From an uncultured Spirochaetota bacterium (GTDB taxonomy: Bacteria; Spirochaetota; Spirochaetia; SZUA-6; Fen-1364), in assembly GCA_963781885.1 (NCBI GenBank), contig CAWAHW010000004.1:320001-384000 (forward strand): 64,000 bases of DNA, written 5' to 3'. Numbering within the stretch: the first letter of the stretch is position 1; every line of letters starts with the position of its first letter. Positions 59,550-64,000 of this stretch are shown here, piece after piece. Position numbers and translations under genes: made by a program. The notes under the pieces are model-generated. The model worked only from the letters and a program-made list of their open reading frames with translations. It was not told the origin of the DNA and made no database searches.

Positions 59550-61826
59550 TCAGAAGTTCGCTTCCGACGTTATCCTCTTGCCGAACCCTCCGCGCTTGGA
59601 ATACCACACGGAGCCGAGGATCAAGACGATACAGGCACCGCCCGCGATGGCCACCCAGAGATTCAGGGTGAGGCCGATGAGCACCGGTGCCGCGATCAGG
59701 GACACGAGGTTGATGACCTTGATCATGGGGTTGAGGGCGGGACCCGATGTGTCCTTCAGGGGATCGCCGACCGTGTCGCCGATGACCGCCGCTTTGTGGG
59801 CTTCGGAGCCCTTGCCGCCGTACAAGCCGTCTTCGACCGTTTTCTTGGCATTGTCCCACGCGCCACCCGAGGTGGCCATGAAGACCGCGAGGAGCTGACC
59901 CGAGAGGATGACCCCGCCGAGGAACCCGCCGAGCGCTTCGACGCCGAGCAGCAGGCCGATGGCGATGGGGGACAGGACCGCAATGAGGGCCAGCGGAATC
60001 AGCTCGCGCTGGGCGGCGGTGGTGCAGAGGCCCACCGTCTGGCCATAGTCGGGCTTCACCTTGCCTTCCAGGAGGCCGGGGATCTTGAACTGCCGCCGCA
60101 CCTCTTCGACGATCAGACCCGCCGCGCGCGCCACCGAGTTCACCGTGAGCGACGAGAACAGCCACGGGATGGTGCCACCGATGAGCAGCCCGATGAAGAC
60201 CTTCGGCACGGAGATGCGGATGCCCGTCACGGACAGCCACGCCTCCCTGGCAACGCCCATGGCGTTCTGGACCAGGGAGACGTCCGTCAGGAAGGAGCCG
60301 AAGAGCGAAACCGCCGCGATGACCGCGGAGCCAATGGCCACGCCTTTTGTGATTGCCTTTGTGGTATTTCCCACGGCATCGAGGTCTGCCATGATCTGGC
60401 GTGCCTTCTGGTCCAGCCCTGCCATTTCCCCGATTCCGTTCGCGTTGTCCGATATCGGTCCGAAGGAATCCATGGCGACGTTGTTGCCGGTAAGCGTGAG
60501 CATCCCGATGCCCGTCATCGCTACGCCGTAGAGGACGTAGGTGACGTCCTGGCCCCAGTAGATGAGGACCGCGGCGAGGATGGTCAGCCCGATGACGATT
60601 GCCTGCCAGAATGTCGCCTCGAACCCGACGACCAGACCGCGGAGGATGACCGTTGCAGGACCCGTGCGGGTCGCCGCGGCGATGTCCTTCACGGGCTTGG
60701 TCTTCGTGTCGGTGAAGTATTTCGTGAGCTCGTCCAGCGCGATGGCAAGACCGATGCCGACCGCCACCGACGCGAAGGCGCGCCATTCGTGCATGTAGAA
60801 CACGGCAAGGAAGAGGAACGCCACCAGGGAGATGGCCGCGCTGGAGTAGAATCCGCGGTTGATCGAGCCGAGGGCGTTTTCGTTGCCGCCATCCTTCCTG
60901 CCGCGGACAAGGTACGTCCCGATGATGGAAGAGAGCACCCCGATGCCGCGCACGAGGAGCGGGAAAATGATCCACTTCAGGTTGTTCGTCGCCATGACGA
61001 GCGCCACGCCGAGGATCAGCCCTGAGACGATCGTCACCTCGTACGACTCGAAGATGTCGGCCGCCATACCGGCGCAGTCGCCAACGTTGTCACCGACGAG
61101 GTCCGCGATCACCGCCGCGTTGCGCGGGTCGTCCTCCGGCATGCCCGCTTCCACCTTACCGACGAGGTCCGCGCCGACATCCGCCGCCTTCGTGTAGATG
61201 CCGCCGCCGACCCTCATGAAGAGGGCGAGGAGCGTGCCGCCGAAGCCGAACCCGAGCAGCGCGTCCGGGGCATCCATGCCCATGTAGAGGAATATCGCGG
61301 TGCCGCCAAGCAGGCCCAAACCGTCGGTGAGCATCCCGGTGATGGTGCCCGACCGGTAGGCGATCTTCAGCGCCTCCGCGAAGCTCGTTCGCGCGGCCGC
61401 CGCCACGCGCACGTTGCCCTGGACGGCCATACGCATGCCGAACTGGCCGACGAGCAGGGAGAAGATTGCGCCCATGACGAATGCGATTGCGCGGGCGAGG
61501 CCGACGTACAGTCTCACCTGGGCATCCGTCGCGGTGGGGAACCGGGACGTCGCCGCCGCGCTGGGCGCAACGACGTAGACGGAGAAGAACAACACCACCG
61601 TGAGGATGGCGATGAGCGGGATGATGGTCTTCAGCTGGCGGCCGAGGTATGCATCCGCACCCTCGCGGATGGCGTCCCAGACGACCTTCATCTCCGACGT
61701 GCCTTTGTCGTGCCGCAGGACTTGCCCGCGAAGCAGGAGGGCGTACAACAGCCCCAGGACGGCGACGCCGAGCACGACCCACAGGGCGACCGTCTCGAAC
61801 ATCGAGGCATTGGCCAGATGTGACAT
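59550..61826 (-). CDS. hppA: Membrane-bound ion-translocating pyrophosphatase
   Basis: KAADVGADLVGKVE, EDDPRN, DNVGD, DNANGI.EM, GNTTKA, GGAWDNAKK, GDTVGDPLKD. Confidence 0.95.
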   Translation of the reverse strand: MSHLANASMFETVALWVVLGVAVLGLLYALLLRGQVLRHDKGTSEMKVVWDAIREGADAYLGRQLKTIIPLIAILTVVLFFSVYVVAPSAAATSRFPTATDAQVRLYVGLARAIAFVMGAIFSLLVGQFGMRMAVQGNVRVAAAARTSFAEALKIAYRSGTITGMLTDGLGLLGGTAIFLYMGMDAPDALLGFGFGGTLLALFMRVGGGIYTKAADVGADLVGKVEAGMPEDDPRNAAVIADLVGDNVGDCAGMAADIFESYEVTIVSGLILGVALVMATNNLKWIIFPLLVRGIGVLSSIIGTYLVRGRKDGGNENALGSINRGFYSSAAISLVAFLFLAVFYMHEWRAFASVAVGIGLAIALDELTKYFTDTKTKPVKDIAAATRTGPATVILRGLVVGFEATFWQAIVIGLTILAAVLIYWGQDVTYVLYGVAMTGIGMLTLTGNNVAMDSFGPISDNANGIGEMAGLDQKARQIMADLDAVGNTTKAITKGVAIGSAVIAAVSLFGSFLTDVSLVQNAMGVAREAWLSVTGIRISVPKVFIGLLIGGTIPWLFSSLTVNSVARAAGLIVEEVRRQFKIPGLLEGKVKPDYGQTVGLCTTAAQRELIPLALIAVLSPIAIGLLLGVEALGGFLGGVILSGQLLAVFMATSGGAWDNAKKTVEDGLYGGKGSEAHKAAVIGDTVGDPLKDTSGPALNPMIKVINLVSLIAAPVLIGLTLNLWVAIAGGACIVLILGSVWYSKRGGFGKRITSEANF

Positions 61827-62026
61827 ACGAATCCTCCGATCGGCCCCGCAACGGCAGCCAGGGGGCGGGCGTCTCTCGTTCGTCGGCAGGTCGGTGCCCG
61901 GAGACTCCTTCAAGGCTCGGCAACGGGGTAAGAGAAAGTGCTCGAAACTTTCGGGAGACGCCGCGCCGACGGCCGGCAGACCCGCGGTTTCGCACCGACA
62001 CGAAAGATCGGCGATCTGAAACCAGC

Positions 62027-62058
62027 TTACGCTACGCGATCACCGTGGGGAGTGTCAA
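62027..62058 (-). promoter_or_regulatory. Putative sigma70 promoter of hppA
   Basis: TTGACA-N18-TAGCGT on the minus strand, giving a ~195-nt leader. Confidence 0.5.
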
Positions 62059-62119
62059 GCGGCCCCGCGCGGCAATTTCTTTTTTTCCGCACATTCGACG
62101 CATTTCGGCCTGACGACGG

Positions 62120-64000
62120 TCACACCCCGGCCCCGCGCCCGGCGCTTCCCGCGTGGTGCCCCGTCGCAACCGCCGCCGCGCCTGCGGCCTCGCGCGATAC
62201 ACCCGCCGCCCCCGCGAGGGAAGCCCCGGTGCGCGGCACTTGCGCCTTGCTCACCGGCACCGGCACGATGACGAACGGGATGCCAAGCTGGTGGAGACGC
62301 CTCTGCACCGCAAAGGTCACGTAGTTGTACAGCACGCGCGTGAGGACCGACTCCTCGCGGAAGACGATGCGGCCGCCGAAGAAGATGCTGTTGGGAAACT
62401 CGGAGAACAGCTTCTCCGCGAGCGTGCAAATCTCGTCCACGACGTCGGTGCCGATCAGCGGGTAACCGCGCGCGAAGAATCCCTGCCGGCGGACGTAGGT
62501 GACGTACCTGTCGAGGCTTTCCGCCACGTGCGCCTCCAGCTGGGCGATCTCGTCCTTTCCCTTGAAGCGCTCCGCGTCGATGATGCCCGCCTGGATGAAG
62601 AAGAAGTTGCGCACGCCCTTGCCGAACAGGCGCACGACGTTGAAGAGCGTGTGGAGGCCCATGCCGTTGAATCCCCCGACGAGGATCACGGCCGTGCGCG
62701 ACCGGGGATTGTAGCGGGGCGCGCGGCGCCGCCGATCCGTGCCGCGATGGTCCTCGGACTGGCTGGCTTCCACCACCCGCACGAGCGTGTCCAGGTGGGA
62801 GAGCTGCCGCTGCGTTCTTTTATAGAAGCGCTTGATGGAGACCGCCACGAGCATGAGGGAACCGGTGACGAATATCGTGATCCAACCGCCTTCGCCGAAC
62901 TTGATGACGATCATGGAGAGAAGGATGAACACGGTGAGCACGAGGCCGACGCCGTTGATGAGGATCTTCTTCTTCCAGTGCGGCGCGCGGCTGCGGTCGC
63001 GCCACCAATGGCGCACCATGCCGAGCTGGGAGAGGGAGAAGGTAATGAAGACATTGATGCTGTAGAGCACCACCATGAAGGCCACCGAGCCGCGCGTGAG
63101 GAGGAGGAGCACGAATGCGGCGGCGCCGGTGAGGAGGATGCCGTTCTTGATGACGAAACGCTCGCTCAGGAGGCTGAACTGCTGGGGGAACCAGCGGTCC
63201 ATGGACATGTAGGAGAGCACCCGCGGCGCGCTCAGGAACCCCGTCTGGGCGGCGGCGAAAAGGAGGGCCGCCTCGGACAGGAGCGTCACGGTGACGAAGA
63301 CCGGTCCCAGGGGGCCCCACCCCTCGGTGATGCGGGAGAAAAGGGTGGCGTTCAAGGTCTTTCCGACCTGGTGCCGGACGTCGAAGAGGAGGTAGCCGAC
63401 CATGAGGCCGGCGGCGAGGAATGCAAGGGAGGCCGCCATGTAGCGCATCGTGCGCTTCGCGGTCTGCACGCGCGGCTCCCGCAGGATGGGCATCGCATTG
63501 CTCACCGCCTCGATGCCCGTGTAGGTGCCTGCCCCCATGCTGTAGGCGCGCAGGATGATGAAGACGAGGCCGAACGTGCCGATCTGGGACGTGGTCTGCC
63601 GCACCTCGTCTCCCGTGCGCGCGGCGAGCGCGGGAAAATCCGGCAGATGGGCGAAGATCGGGTAGAGGACCGCGACGATATGCGTGAGGATGAAAAGGAG
63701 GAAGATCGGCGTCAGGGTCATGACCGACTCCCGCACACCGCGCATGTTCAGGAGGATGAGGAGCCCGAGCCCCCCACAGGCGACCAGGAGCTTCATCGGC
63801 TGCCAGCTTGACGGCAGCGAGCTGAACAGCGCGTCGGTGCCGCTCGCAATGGAAAGCGATATGGTAAGCACGTAATCCACCAGCAGCGCGCATCCCGACG
63901 CCATGCCGAGGGTCGGCGAAAGGAGCTTGCTCGCCACGAGGTAGCCGCCGCCACCGCTGGGAAAGACCTCGACGATCTGGGAATAGCTTGCGGCGATGAT
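62120..64000 (-). CDS. APC-family permease, KimA/YdaO-like (K+ or amino-acid uptake); 5' end beyond the window
   Basis: YSQI...FPSGGGGYLVAS, LLVDYVLT, TGIEAVSN, LYSINVFITF, cytoplasmic C-terminal domain. Confidence 0.85.
   Translation of the reverse strand: MIAASYSQIVEVFPSGGGGYLVASKLLSPTLGMASGCALLVDYVLTISLSIASGTDALFSSLPSSWQPMKLLVACGGLGLLILLNMRGVRESVMTLTPIFLLFILTHIVAVLYPIFAHLPDFPALAARTGDEVRQTTSQIGTFGLVFIILRAYSMGAGTYTGIEAVSNAMPILREPRVQTAKRTMRYMAASLAFLAAGLMVGYLLFDVRHQVGKTLNATLFSRITEGWGPLGPVFVTVTLLSEAALLFAAAQTGFLSAPRVLSYMSMDRWFPQQFSLLSERFVIKNGILLTGAAAFVLLLLTRGSVAFMVVLYSINVFITFSLSQLGMVRHWWRDRSRAPHWKKKILINGVGLVLTVFILLSMIVIKFGEGGWITIFVTGSLMLVAVSIKRFYKRTQRQLSHLDTLVRVVEASQSEDHRGTDRRRRAPRYNPRSRTAVILVGGFNGMGLHTLFNVVRLFGKGVRNFFFIQAGIIDAERFKGKDEIAQLEAHVAESLDRYVTYVRRQGFFARGYPLIGTDVVDEICTLAEKLFSEFPNSIFFGGRIVFREESVLTRVLYNYVTFAVQRRLHQLGIPFVIVPVPVSKAQVPRTGASLAGAAGVSREAAGAAAVATGHHAGSAGRGAGV

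Noticed and set aside
1-64000. Numerous long antisense and alternate-frame ORFs (e.g. 8706..10781, 29967..31802, 42241..44298, 59364..61025)
   Set aside because: Shadow ORFs expected at high GC; they overlap well-supported genes and have no motifs.

Overview
High-GC bacterial chromosomal segment with about 60 protein-coding genes. It is probably from an anaerobic, motile organism; Spirochaetia-like is an inference from the lipoprotein/propeller repeats, the MotB motif and the mini-MshEN protein, not a proven assignment. I found no rRNA, tRNA, CRISPR array, integrase or transposase. The left two-thirds hold housekeeping and accessory genes: class II aldolase, rhodanese-MBL, emfourin, XRE-cupin plus acyl-CoA synthetase, CadC/CadA, several ABC/MFS exporters with a two-component system and PadR, a soluble CZB chemoreceptor, nucleoside hydrolase, GH43, CatE, CobB, LtaE, FucI, TruD, carbamate kinase, AcuB-like protein, aminotransferase and CBS-PPase. 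The right third is dominated by bioenergetics: stand-alone motAB, an 11-subunit complex-I-like group 4 [NiFe]-hydrogenase operon with three antiporter subunits and its own maturation protease, an ankyrin/beta-propeller lipoprotein, DedA, a membrane pyrophosphatase with a long structured leader, and a KimA-like transporter. About nine genes carry single-indel frameshifts, most likely sequencing or assembly errors. The best leads are the hydrogenase and ion-gradient cluster, a stand-alone MshEN c-di-GMP mini-receptor, an orphan emfourin, the hppA leader and recurrent leaderless promoters. None can be shown to be novel without database searches.
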